Below, piece after piece: positions 9,510-19,349 of a stretch of DNA of 64,000 nucleotides (within the stretch, counting starts at the first letter, position 1; each line of letters opens with the position of its first letter). The DNA is from an uncultured Bacilli bacterium (lineage in GTDB: Bacteria; Bacillota_I; Bacilli_A; RF39; UBA660): positions 11,296 through 75,295 of the forward strand of contig CALVVB010000063.1 in assembly GCA_944363735.1 (NCBI GenBank), in the 5' to 3' direction. Position numbers and translations under genes: made by a program. The notes beneath the pieces are model-generated. The model saw only the letters and a list, made by a program, of their open reading frames with translations. It had not been told where the DNA came from and made no database searches.

Positions 9510-10753
9510 TTTTTATCCTCCTTTTCTATATTAACAGTGTGTTCAATTTTTTCCCATGCTAAATCTTTATTTTTTAAAGCCAAATACAAACATTTAACAT
9601 AACTTGCTAAAAATAATGGATTAAAAAATAGTGATTTAATCTTCATATTTCTATTTAATCTTAAATTATCTTTTTCTTTTATTAATAGTACTCCTGTAAA
9701 GCATAATAACACTATATAAATAGTAAATATTATTAATAGAAATTGTAAAAGTAAAGAATAAACTTCTACTTTAATAATAGAATTAGATATTATTTTAAAA
9801 ACTATATTTGCAAGATATAAAATAATACTAATAACAAATAAAACATAAGGTTTTACTCCAACCAAAGCAATAAAGACAGATGGATAATTATTATCTTTTC
9901 TACTAGCTTTATTTTTAAGTAGTGGATAATACTTTCTTCTCGAATCAAAGTATCCTTTAACCCAACGAGTTCTTTGCTTAATTGTAGTAGCATAATCAGT
10001 TGGCTGCTCATCAAAGTATTTGGCTTTCATATTATAAGTAGAAGTTAAATCATTTAAAGTTGCATATAAAGTAAATTCATAATCTTCTGTAAGACTATTA
10101 AAAGGATAACCTCCAAGTTCTTCTATAATTGTTCCTTTAATATAGAAACCTGTTCCACTAACTGTTAAAGTTAAATTATGTTTCATTTTATAATTATTAG
10201 AAAACGTATTAATCATAGAAAAAGTTAGAGATGAACAAGCAGAATATATACTCATATTACCATTTTTAGTATTACGATAACCTATACCTATATCATACCC
10301 TTTTTTATAACTTTTAACCATTTCTTTAAAATAATTTCTATCTAAAACATTATCGGCATCAAAGATGAAATAAGCATCATAGTGTTTTTTCTTTTTTAAT
10401 ATCTCTTTAACTGCATCGTCAAGTGCATAACCCTTTCTTCTTCTATTAGTTAAATCTTTACGATAGATAATATTAATACCTCTTTCTTTAGCAATATCAA
10501 CTGTTTTATCTTTCTTACTTTCAACAATAATATAAATATCATTAGAATTTATCTTAAAAGTTTGTTTTTTTATACTGTCTATTAGATTAGATATTACTTT
10601 AGATTCATCTCTTGCAGGTATTAAAACTGCAAATTTAGGTTCATCATAATTTCTTTTTAATTTAATTTTAGAACCTTTAAGTGCTACCATATATTCTTTT
10701 ATTAATAAATAACTTGCTATAAATATTAAAACCAAACATATTAGTGTTATCAT
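9506..10753 (-). CDS. family 2 glycosyltransferase, membrane-bound
   Basis: Has AVLIPARDES, FDADN (DxD) and QRTRW-like RWVKG motifs plus C-terminal TM segments. Start trimmed to MITLICL behind RBS aggaagga. Confidence 0.75.
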   Translation of the reverse strand: MITLICLVLIFIASYLLIKEYMVALKGSKIKLKRNYDEPKFAVLIPARDESKVISNLIDSIKKQTFKINSNDIYIIVESKKDKTVDIAKERGINIIYRKDLTNRRRKGYALDDAVKEILKKKKHYDAYFIFDADNVLDRNYFKEMVKSYKKGYDIGIGYRNTKNGNMSIYSACSSLTFSMINTFSNNYKMKHNLTLTVSGTGFYIKGTIIEELGGYPFNSLTEDYEFTLYATLNDLTSTYNMKAKYFDEQPTDYATTIKQRTRWVKGYFDSRRKYYPLLKNKASRKDNNYPSVFIALVGVKPYVLFVISIILYLANIVFKIISNSIIKVEVYSLLLQFLLIIFTIYIVLLCFTGVLLIKEKDNLRLNRNMKIKSLFFNPLFLASYVKCLYLALKNKDLAWEKIEHTVNIEKEDKK

Positions 10754-10754
10754 A

Positions 10755-11438
10755 CTACTTATCCTTCCTAATTTTAAAATCCATATTTGGAAAACTTTTA
10801 GATAGAACACTATCTGGATATATTTTATCATATAATCTTCCTACTGGTGTGGCAGGTTCAATGTTATTTCTTCTCATAGCACTTCTAAATAAAGCTGTCC
10901 AAGATATAAACATATCAATTATTAAAAAAATAAAAAGAATATAAAATATTATATTGCCAATATTTATAGGTATTTTTTCTATCCATTTTGAAAGGAAAGG
11001 ATAGACAATTTTTACGAATATTAATGCAAATAATCCCCATACTAACATAAATGGAATAGTTGTTCTTCCACCAATATTTAAAAAATGATAAGAATAATCC
11101 CAAGAAGTAGTATGAGTAAATATTTCTTGTAAAAGACTAATGAAATATTCTAAAAAACCACCTAAAAGAGAACCATATATAAAGGTTTTAATATTAGAAT
11201 AATTTGGTTTTGCTAATAAATAAATAACTAAAACTGCTCCTGCTCCATATAAGGGATTAAAAGGGCCATAAATAACTCCTCTTCTTAATTCCCAAACAAC
11301 TTCACCTGTTGCAAAGTAAATTTTAACTAAATTAAGAATCTGTTCATATAAAACACCAATAACTGAACCAATTACAAATATAAAGAACAATTTTTTAAAA
11401 CTATAACCTTCTGCAAACACACTCTTTTTACTACTCAT
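10755..11438 (-). CDS. polytopic membrane protein (possibly the CmpB/'ABC-transporter type IV' family)
   Basis: Multi-TM protein with GVIYGPFNPLYGAGAV. The family assignment is from memory only. Confidence 0.45.
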   Translation of the reverse strand: MSSKKSVFAEGYSFKKLFFIFVIGSVIGVLYEQILNLVKIYFATGEVVWELRRGVIYGPFNPLYGAGAVLVIYLLAKPNYSNIKTFIYGSLLGGFLEYFISLLQEIFTHTTSWDYSYHFLNIGGRTTIPFMLVWGLFALIFVKIVYPFLSKWIEKIPINIGNIIFYILFIFLIIDMFISWTALFRSAMRRNNIEPATPVGRLYDKIYPDSVLSKSFPNMDFKIRKDK

Positions 11439-11494
11439 ACTACATACCCCTTTGACTTGGTGTTATATTATCATATTTTATGTAATTTAGCAAG

Positions 11495-11518
11495 AAAAAG
11501 CAACCAAATGAAGGTTGC
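11495..11518 (-). terminator. intrinsic terminator after miaA
   Basis: Minus strand reads gcaacc-ttcattt-ggttgc followed by ttttt. Confidence 0.7.
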
Positions 11519-11523
11519 AGATG

Positions 11524-12402
11524 TTAATTATTAGTTTCATCTATATAGTTAATAACTTCATTTATTGTTTTATTAAAGTCATTATAATTAGTATTAAACC
11601 AAGTAAGATTAAACTGATGATTAAAGAAAGTATACTGTCTTTTAGCATAATGTCTTGAGTTTTTCTTAATATCATCTTTAATCTCTTCTAGAATTTTTTC
11701 ATGATTAAAGTATGGAATAAACTCTTTATAGCCTATCGCTGTATTCAACGCTTTAGATGTATCAAACTTATCTTTTAAAGCTTCTACTTCTTCTAATAGT
11801 CCATTATTAAACATGACATCTACTCTTTTATTAATCTCATCATATAAAGTGTTTCTATCAGTAGTTAATCCTATAAAGATAGTATCTTTATATATAAGAT
11901 CATTCCCATTATTAGTAATAGTCTCATTATTCTCTAATTTATTTAAAAGCCTTACTAATCTTTTCCTATTATTTACATGTGGTAATTCTTCCACGTTATA
12001 AGATTTTATTTTATTAAGAATCTCTTCATTAGTTAAATCATTATATTCTTTATAAGTTGTTCCTTTTGTAAAATTATAATCAAATAGCAAAGCTTTTAAA
12101 TAAAGCCCTGTTCCTCCTACTAAAATAATGTTTTTATTTTCTTTTAGAAGTTTATCTATTAAACATCTTGCATCTTTTTGATAATCATAAACAGAGTAAT
12201 TTTTATCAAGCGGGACAAAACTAAGTAAATGATGAGGTACTCCTTCCATTTCAACGCTCGTTACTTTAGCAGTACCTATATCTAATTTAACGTACACTTG
12301 CATAGCATCAAAATTAATAACTTCAGCTTTATATTTTTTGGCAAGTGCTATACTTAAAGCAGTTTTACCAACAGCAGTTGGTCCTAATATGGCAATTATC
12401 AT
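11524..12402 (-). CDS. miaA: tRNA dimethylallyltransferase
   Basis: IIAILGPTAVGKTALSIALAK P-loop and conserved overall MiaA layout. Sits in the mutL-miaA synteny. Confidence 0.9.
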   Translation of the reverse strand: MIIAILGPTAVGKTALSIALAKKYKAEVINFDAMQVYVKLDIGTAKVTSVEMEGVPHHLLSFVPLDKNYSVYDYQKDARCLIDKLLKENKNIILVGGTGLYLKALLFDYNFTKGTTYKEYNDLTNEEILNKIKSYNVEELPHVNNRKRLVRLLNKLENNETITNNGNDLIYKDTIFIGLTTDRNTLYDEINKRVDVMFNNGLLEEVEALKDKFDTSKALNTAIGYKEFIPYFNHEKILEEIKDDIKKNSRHYAKRQYTFFNHQFNLTWFNTNYNDFNKTINEVINYIDETNN

Positions 12403-12419
12403 AATATCACTATCTTTCT

Positions 12420-14213
12420 TTAATTCATCGCTCTTTTAAAAAGTCTTTCTAAATCATAATTACTGTATGTAATAACAGTTGGTCTACCATGAGGACAAGT
12501 AAAAGGATTATCACATCGTCTTAGGTTATCTAAAAGTATTTTAGCAGTGTCTAAGTCTAAATAGTCATTCGCTTTTATACTCATTTTACAAGCCATAGTA
12601 GATGCTGTCTTATAGATGAACTTCTCTTTATCAAATTCACCTTTTTCTAAGGTAATAGCAATTATTTTTTCGATGGCTTCCCTTTCATAGCCTTCAAAAA
12701 ACCATGTAGGATGACTTCTAACAATAAAAGTATTATCACCAAACTCTTCTAAAGAAATACCAATACTTTTTAAAATATCCATATGTTCTTTAATTCTAAT
12801 AAACTCATCTTTAGGATATTCTAATCTAATAGGTACTAATAAATCTATAACTTTATAATCGTCCTTTAATAGAGCATTTAGGACTTTCTCATAATTAATT
12901 CTCTCTGCCGCAGCATGTTGATCTATTATATACATACCACTAGAGTTTTCTGCGATTATATAAGTCTTATGGACTATACCTACTGGTACCATTTCTTTAA
13001 TACGGTACTCATCTTTACTTTCTTTTTCTTCTTCAACTACTTCTTCTGTTTTTACACCAGTTATTTTATTATCATTATCAAAATCAAAAGATAATTCTTC
13101 TAAATTAGGAGATGTTTCTTTAACAGTTTCTTCTTCCTCATCTAATTCATAGTTAATTGTATTAACAGGAAGAGAGTCTTCTACTTCATATATAGTATTT
13201 AAATCTCTAATATTAGCATGAGGAACAAGTAATACTTCTTTTAATTTAGAACTAATTACTTTAGTAATTAACTCTTTTAGACTATCCATTTTAGAAAACT
13301 TAATATCCATCTTTTGAGGATGTATATTAATATCTATTAGTATTGGGTCTACATCAATATTTAAAATAATCATAGGAAATTTATCCTTAGGTATATAGGT
13401 ATGATAACAGTCTATTAAACATCTATTTAAATCATGATTTTTAATAACCCTACCATTTACTAAAGTAGTAATAGCATTTCTTGATGTCTTGGCTATTTCA
13501 GGATAACCCATATAACCTGATATAACATAGTCATCATTTTCACCATTTATCTCTATCATTTTTTTAGTAACATCTATGCCATAAACAGCATAGATTACTT
13601 TTAAAAGATTACCATCACCACTCGTATTAAGAAGTTCTTTTTCATTATTAGTTAAAATAAATCTAATAAATGGATAAGATAGAGCCATTTTATTAACATA
13701 TTCAATTATTAGAGCAAGTTCTGTATAAAGATTTTTTATATATTTTAATCTTACTGGAGTATTATAAAATAAGTCTTTTACCTCAATAGTTGTACCAAGA
13801 CTTAAATCACTATTTTCTACCCTTTCTATTACTCCACCATTTAAAGAGATACTTGTTCCTATTTCATCTTTACTAGTTTGTAAAAAAATGTGAGATACTG
13901 ATGCAATAGACGGTAGGGCCTCTCCTCTAAAACCTAATGATGAAATATTGAATAAATCATCTAAGTCTTTTAATTTACTAGTAGCATGGCGTGAAAAAGA
14001 TAAGATAGCATCTTCTTTATTCATACCCATTCCATTATCACTTACCACTATTTTTTTAGTACCAGAATCTATCAAGTTTATTTTAATTTCTGTACTTTTG
14101 GCATCAATAGAGTTTTCTACTAATTCTTTAACAACATTTAAAGGACGTTCTACAACTTCTCCTGCTGCTATTTTATTAGCAAGTATTTCATCCATTACTT
14201 TAATAATACCCAT
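12420..14213 (-). CDS. mutL: DNA mismatch repair protein MutL
   Basis: N-terminal IAAGEVVERP, DNGMGM and GFRGEAL motifs; C-terminal CPHGRP. Confidence 0.95.
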   Translation of the reverse strand: MGIIKVMDEILANKIAAGEVVERPLNVVKELVENSIDAKSTEIKINLIDSGTKKIVVSDNGMGMNKEDAILSFSRHATSKLKDLDDLFNISSLGFRGEALPSIASVSHIFLQTSKDEIGTSISLNGGVIERVENSDLSLGTTIEVKDLFYNTPVRLKYIKNLYTELALIIEYVNKMALSYPFIRFILTNNEKELLNTSGDGNLLKVIYAVYGIDVTKKMIEINGENDDYVISGYMGYPEIAKTSRNAITTLVNGRVIKNHDLNRCLIDCYHTYIPKDKFPMIILNIDVDPILIDINIHPQKMDIKFSKMDSLKELITKVISSKLKEVLLVPHANIRDLNTIYEVEDSLPVNTINYELDEEEETVKETSPNLEELSFDFDNDNKITGVKTEEVVEEEKESKDEYRIKEMVPVGIVHKTYIIAENSSGMYIIDQHAAAERINYEKVLNALLKDDYKVIDLLVPIRLEYPKDEFIRIKEHMDILKSIGISLEEFGDNTFIVRSHPTWFFEGYEREAIEKIIAITLEKGEFDKEKFIYKTASTMACKMSIKANDYLDLDTAKILLDNLRRCDNPFTCPHGRPTVITYSNYDLERLFKRAMN

Positions 14214-14674
14214 TATTTAACCTCACAGTCTGCAGCAGCTTTTAATCTTTTAATACCAGAAATAGAATTAGAACAAGTAGGACTTTCATAACCTGAACAT
14301 TTAAGACAAGCAGAATATTCTATATCCATATTATAATTAGTATCATTATTTCTTTTAACAATAGCATAACTTTCTAAATTACAAGTTTTACTAGATTCTC
14401 TTGGATCTTCTAAATCTTCAATATACCCTTCACAAACTAACTTTTCTACATCAACAACTAAAGATTCTCCAACACTAGGAATAGAACCTGAATGATCTAT
14501 TAAATAATTAGTAACACCACTTGTAATATTTTTTTCAAAGTCTTCATATACACTATCCCTAGCTTGTTTCATATATTGTGATACTCCAATATAAGCAAGA
14601 GTAAGTAATATGCTTAATATTGCAATTACTGCTAATAATTCTATTAATGTAAATCCTTTTTTATTTATTTTCAT
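14213..14674 (-). CDS. prepilin-type N-terminal cleavage/methylation domain protein (orphan pilin/pseudopilin)
   Basis: MKINKKGFTLIELLAVIAILSIL is a class III signal. Start trimmed from the track ORF. The gene overlaps the uvrC 3' end by 14 nt and abuts the mutL start. Confidence 0.8.
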   Translation of the reverse strand: MKINKKGFTLIELLAVIAILSILLTLAYIGVSQYMKQARDSVYEDFEKNITSGVTNYLIDHSGSIPSVGESLVVDVEKLVCEGYIEDLEDPRESSKTCNLESYAIVKRNNDTNYNMDIEYSACLKCSGYESPTCSNSISGIKRLKAAADCEVK

Positions 14675-16439
14675 TTTCTTCCTCCTCATGCAAGACATTA
14701 TAAAGGTTAGTTGCAACAGTATCTCCTACTATTTCACTTAACTCCTCTACACTTGCTTCTTTCATTTTTTTCATAGAGCCAAATTTTTTAAGCAGTTCTT
14801 TACGTCTAACTTCTCCTATTCCCGGAACTAAATCTAAATAACTTGATAGTAGTCCTTTACTTTTAATATTACGATGATAGGATATAGCAAAGCGATGGAC
14901 TTCTTCTTGAATTTTAGATAAGTAAAGAAATAAATTACTATCACTTTTAATATCTAATATTTTATAATTACTATCAATAACAGTATTAGTTCTATGGTGT
15001 GAATCTTTTTTAAGACCAATTATAGGTATTGATAAGTTTAAACTAGAAAGTATCTCTTTACAGACATTTACTTGAGTTTCTCCACCATCCATTACTATTA
15101 AATCAGGTAATACTTCATTATCCATAATAGCTTTAAAATATCTTCGATATAATACTTCTCTCATCGCACCCAAATCATCTTTAACATCTGTACTTATTTT
15201 ATATTTACGATAATCATTCTTTAAAGGTTCAAAATCGCGAAAGACAACCATTGCACCAACATAATAGGTTCCAAATAAATGAGAATTATCAAAGCTTTCC
15301 ATTCTTGAAACACTTTCTACTCCAAGAAGAGTTTTAAGTTCATTCAAAGCTTCAATCTTTTTATTATCATCTTTCTTAAGAGTTTCTAACTCTTCATTTA
15401 AAACTACTTTAGAGTTCTCTTCGGCTAGATCAACTAGCTTCTTTAACTCTCCTCTTTTTGGAACATTTACTTTTACTTTTAAGTATTCACTTAAAAGTTC
15501 TGAATTTAAAGTATCTGGTATTAATATTTCATGGGCAAGAATATTCTTTTCATAAAATTTAATGATATATTCTTCCATATCATCAACAACATTATCTAGA
15601 GTCTGTAGTGTTTCATGATGTCTACCAAAAAGTATTCCTTCTCTTATAAAGAATACAGTTATTGATAAGTAGTTATCTACTACAGTATAATTAAAGATAT
15701 CAAAGTTATAATTCTTCTTTAAATCTATCTTTTGCTTAGTTAAAGTTATATCTATATCAGTTAACATTTCTCTTAATTCAAGAGCTTTCTCATAATTTAA
15801 ACTATTACTTGCTTTTTCCATCTCTTTAGTAATTTTCTCTTTAATAAAACTGCTATTTCCTTTAAGAAAGCTAGTAATCTCATCTGTCATAGATTTAATA
15901 TTATCTTTATCTATGTCTTTAATACAGTAACCTAGACACTCATTTATATGATAATATAAGCACTCTTTCTTAGGTAGTTTTTCACATTTACGAAGTGGAT
16001 ATAGACGATTAATCATATTAACTGTTTTACGAGCAGCGGTTACATTAGGAAATGGTCCAAATAGTTTATGATCTTTCTTTTTTCTTTTGACATTTCTAAC
16101 TACTCTAAGTCTTGGATATTTTTCATTTGTTAGTTCGATGTATGGATAACTCTTATCATCTTTAAGTAAGATATTATATTTAGGATCATATTTTTTTATT
16201 AGGTTTATTTCAAGGATTAAACTCTCTAACTCACTATCAGTAACAATGTATTCAAAGTCATCTATATCTTGGACAAGCATCGCAGTTTTTCCAGTTACAT
16301 TACCACGGAAGTAACTACTAACACGTTTTTTTAAGTTTTTAGCTTTACCTACATAGATAATATAGCCATTTTTATCTTTCATTTGATAACTTCCAGGTAA
16401 TTCCGGAACTAGTTTTAATTTTTCCTTAAAGTCTTTCAT
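14661..16439 (-). CDS. uvrC: excinuclease ABC subunit C
   Basis: GIY-YIG N-terminus (GSYQMKDKNGYIIYVGKAKNLKKR) and C-terminal HhH. Start trimmed to MKDFKEK behind RBS aggtggtg. Confidence 0.95.
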   Translation of the reverse strand: MKDFKEKLKLVPELPGSYQMKDKNGYIIYVGKAKNLKKRVSSYFRGNVTGKTAMLVQDIDDFEYIVTDSELESLILEINLIKKYDPKYNILLKDDKSYPYIELTNEKYPRLRVVRNVKRKKKDHKLFGPFPNVTAARKTVNMINRLYPLRKCEKLPKKECLYYHINECLGYCIKDIDKDNIKSMTDEITSFLKGNSSFIKEKITKEMEKASNSLNYEKALELREMLTDIDITLTKQKIDLKKNYNFDIFNYTVVDNYLSITVFFIREGILFGRHHETLQTLDNVVDDMEEYIIKFYEKNILAHEILIPDTLNSELLSEYLKVKVNVPKRGELKKLVDLAEENSKVVLNEELETLKKDDNKKIEALNELKTLLGVESVSRMESFDNSHLFGTYYVGAMVVFRDFEPLKNDYRKYKISTDVKDDLGAMREVLYRRYFKAIMDNEVLPDLIVMDGGETQVNVCKEILSSLNLSIPIIGLKKDSHHRTNTVIDSNYKILDIKSDSNLFLYLSKIQEEVHRFAISYHRNIKSKGLLSSYLDLVPGIGEVRRKELLKKFGSMKKMKEASVEELSEIVGDTVATNLYNVLHEEEENENK

Positions 16440-16535
16440 AAACATCACCACCTAACTAAAAAAATAAGTTATTTTACATAACTTATTTTAGACTACATTC
16501 ATTATTTTTACAAGACTTAATAAACTATAACTCAC

Positions 16536-17441
16536 CTACATTAACATTGTTATTTGACTTTTAGAAAGACCTGTCGCTTTAACTATATCTTTTATAGGCA
16601 TACCTATTTTAAGAAGATTTTTAGCGATAGATTTTTTCTCATTACTAGCACCTTGTTCAATGCCTATCTTAACTCCTTTTTCTTCAGCAGTATTTATTTT
16701 AGTATTCTCTATTCTTCTTCTTTCCTCTTCTTCATCATATAAACCTATTGTATTAATGTCATAAGTTAAATTTTTTAGTTCATTTGTAACTTCCATTAAC
16801 TCTTCATCTCCTTTCGCTATCTTCTCTATTTCACTAATCTCCTTTAGTGTTAATATTAATAACTCTTTCTCTAATTTATTTAAGGTTAAGCCTCTTTTAT
16901 ACTTTTCTCTTATTAGTTTTAAATTAATATAAAACTTTCCCCATTTATCACTTTCTATTATTCCATACTTATCTCTTGATTTAAATTCTAAAAGATTCTC
17001 TCCACTTAAGAAACAATAAAAGTTATTTATATTTATCTGTATTACTTTAGGTAACTTATTATAACTATCTGTCTTTCTTAATAAATCATTTTTTATCTTA
17101 CCTAAATAAGCATCATTACGTTCAATTAATCCATCCCATTTTCTCCCATTAAACTTATAATTAATAACATAGCCATCTATATCAAAAAGAACATCTGATA
17201 CTTTCCCTTTTTCTAAAGCATTATCTATTTTATATTCTGTATTTTTCTCTTGATAAGTATTTAGTATCAACTCTTTAGGTATACCTGTTATTCTAGAGGT
17301 TAAATCTGCCCTAAACTTAGGGCATTTATCCATAATTGCTTTAAAAACACCATCATAGGTTGCAGGTACTATCTCTTTCTTTTTATCTAATTCTTTTTTT
17401 ATTTGTTCAAATCTTTGTTGTGTTATAGCCAATAGACTCAC
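16536..17441 (-). CDS. Rpn-family recombination-promoting nuclease/putative transposase (PD-(D/E)xK)
   Basis: Length, the N-terminal D..FK.IM pattern and a C-terminal helical repeat region resemble YhgA/Rpn proteins (from memory). A TTGACA-N17-TACATT promoter lies upstream. Confidence 0.55.
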   Translation of the reverse strand: MSLLAITQQRFEQIKKELDKKKEIVPATYDGVFKAIMDKCPKFRADLTSRITGIPKELILNTYQEKNTEYKIDNALEKGKVSDVLFDIDGYVINYKFNGRKWDGLIERNDAYLGKIKNDLLRKTDSYNKLPKVIQININNFYCFLSGENLLEFKSRDKYGIIESDKWGKFYINLKLIREKYKRGLTLNKLEKELLILTLKEISEIEKIAKGDEELMEVTNELKNLTYDINTIGLYDEEEERRRIENTKINTAEEKGVKIGIEQGASNEKKSIAKNLLKIGMPIKDIVKATGLSKSQITMLM

Positions 17442-17695
17442 CCCCTACAACAGTTTTAACATAAGTTTTAACCTGTTCCAAAAGGATAATTTTGTAAATT
17501 GACTCTAGAAACATGAGGAAATTTAACAGATTCGTTATGTGAAAATGGAAAATTAAGCTAAAAAAGTAACATCAATTAACAAAATTCATATAAAATTAAC
17601 TTTTTTATAACCTCCTTTTCTCCATCTTTTTTAATAAGTCTCCCATTTATTTATAATGTATCATAATAGATAATTCATGTCAATGATTACTTTTC

Positions 17696-18637
17696 TTATT
17701 TGAAACAATATTTTATATTCTTCTTCAGTAATATTCTCCTAGTCTTACTAACAATTCTTCTCTTAATTTTATTATTCTTAACCTTATAATTAATACCTAG
17801 AAAAGTAAAACCTTCAGTACTTCTATATATTTTAGTTTTATTATTAAATTCTAATAGATATTCTCTTTTTATAATAGATTCTAATATTCTTAAAATATCT
17901 TTTAGTCTTTCTTTATTACTATCTAAAATAATACCATCGTCCATATATCTAATATAGTATTTATAATCTAACTTTTCTTTAATAAAGTGATCTAAGTCAT
18001 TAAGGTAAAACACTGCAAGAAACTGAGATGTATAGTTACCTATTGGAAGTCCTGTATCTTTCTTATAGAAAGTATCCATACCTAATCTTTCAATATTATT
18101 ATTTATATAATCATAATTAGTAGTATTTAATATTTCTTTAATTAATAATAAATCTTCATTACTTAGATATTTACTTAATTTATTAAGTAATACTTTATGA
18201 TTAATATTATAAAAGTATTTACTAAAATCAAATTTAAGGATATAAAAAGTACTAGATTTATTTTTAATTTTAATAAGATATTTATCTAACAAATATCTTG
18301 CATAAGAAGTGTCTTTACCTACTCTAGTAGCACAGTTACTATCTATTAAGTATTTATCTAAAGGTAATAGAACTTTCTTACAGATGATATGATTAACTAT
18401 CTTATCTTCTAGGGTACTACTCATAATAAGTCTTTTCTTTTTCTCTGTTATTGTAAAGATATGATAATTATTATAAGTATAGTTACCACTATTAATTTTA
18501 TCTACTAAGATATTACAATTACTATAATAATTCTTTTCAAAAAGATATAATTTCTTCTTATTTCTAATAGATTTTCTTATCTTTAAATAAGCATCTTCTA
18601 TATCACTTAACTCTACTTTCACTTTTAATCCATCCAT
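17696..18637 (-). CDS. DGR reverse transcriptase
   Basis: Catalytic YMDDGII and LPIGNYTSQ (the IGxxxSQ motif characteristic of DGR RTs). About 313 aa. Adjacent to the TR/VR repeats. Confidence 0.9.
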   Translation of the reverse strand: MDGLKVKVELSDIEDAYLKIRKSIRNKKKLYLFEKNYYSNCNILVDKINSGNYTYNNYHIFTITEKKKRLIMSSTLEDKIVNHIICKKVLLPLDKYLIDSNCATRVGKDTSYARYLLDKYLIKIKNKSSTFYILKFDFSKYFYNINHKVLLNKLSKYLSNEDLLLIKEILNTTNYDYINNNIERLGMDTFYKKDTGLPIGNYTSQFLAVFYLNDLDHFIKEKLDYKYYIRYMDDGIILDSNKERLKDILRILESIIKREYLLEFNNKTKIYRSTEGFTFLGINYKVKNNKIKRRIVSKTRRILLKKNIKYCFK

Positions 18638-18947
18638 ATATTAATTTAGTAATAGTAATATATTTCTTACTTATAGATATATACTTATCTTTAGATATTT
18701 CTTTATAAGTATATAGTTTATAATAGTAATAATCTAATAATTTAACTTCTATTAACATTTTTCTTTGAATATAAATTCTTTTAGATCTTTCTAATGTATT
18801 AGTATAATATAAATAATAAAGTAATTTATAATTAGAATCTATTATATTATTCTTGAGCGTTTTATATTTATTATTTATATTAAGAATTATTTTATCAGTA
18901 ATAATATCTATTTCTTTAAGTTTATTTTCTAAAACAAAGTTACTCAT
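18603..18947 (-). CDS. avd: Avd-like accessory variability determinant (four-helix-bundle candidate)
   Basis: 114 aa, basic, helical-looking, immediately upstream of and overlapping the RT gene. No motif-level proof. Confidence 0.55.
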   Translation of the reverse strand: MSNFVLENKLKEIDIITDKIILNINNKYKTLKNNIIDSNYKLLYYLYYTNTLERSKRIYIQRKMLIEVKLLDYYYYKLYTYKEISKDKYISISKKYITITKLIYGWIKSESRVK

Positions 18948-19278
18948 AGAACTTCTCCATTTTTGTTATAATTTCTTCAATATTATCTAGATATAAACAA
19001 TTCTTTAAATTAGTAGATAGTTTATCTATTCTATAAGACAACTTACCATACTCTACATATTTAGAATATTTATTATCTTTAAAGGTAACAACATCATCAT
19101 AGAAATAGTTAATATGACATTTATTTAATAGAGATATTATTTTATTAAGAGAATTTCTTTCTATATAAAATGTTTCTCTATAAGGTTTATCTAATAAATA
19201 ACTAATAATATAACTATCATTTTTAGTTACATAAATCATTAGTCCTTTACGCATAAAATATACCAAACTATCATTCAT
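18940..19278 (-). CDS. hypothetical protein, first gene of the DGR accessory operon
   Basis: 112-aa ORF with RBS aggagag, overlapping the avd-like start by 8 nt. No recognisable family. Confidence 0.55.
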   Translation of the reverse strand: MNDSLVYFMRKGLMIYVTKNDSYIISYLLDKPYRETFYIERNSLNKIISLLNKCHINYFYDDVVTFKDNKYSKYVEYGKLSYRIDKLSTNLKNCLYLDNIEEIITKMEKFYE

Positions 19279-19306
19279 ATATTTATCACTCTCCTATCTT
19301 TCACTT

Positions 19307-19336
19307 ATTTTACAAAAAAAAAAAAAAAAACGTCAA
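19307..19336 (-). promoter_or_regulatory. sigma-A-like promoter TTGACG-(T17 G)-TAAAAT for the orf112-avd-RT operon
   Basis: Minus strand reads TTGACG tttttttttttttttttg TAAAAT, about 25 nt upstream of the RBS and ATG at 19278. The 18-nt spacer is almost entirely a T17 homopolymer. Confidence 0.6.
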
Positions 19337-19349
19337 GCGATTTTGACGT
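19314..19349 (-). terminator. intrinsic terminator ending the target-gene/TR transcript
   Basis: Minus strand reads acgtcaa-aatcgc-ttgacgt (7-bp stem) followed by a T-run. The T17 tract is 19314-19330. Confidence 0.7.

Noticed and set aside
17696-18637. The reverse transcriptase as a retron, group II intron or Abi/DRT defence RT.
   Set aside because: The IGxxxSQ motif, the adjacent TR with two cognate VRs and adenine-specific mismatches all point to a DGR. I saw no intron domain V/VI-like structure, maturase or endonuclease domains, or msr/msd-like inverted repeats.
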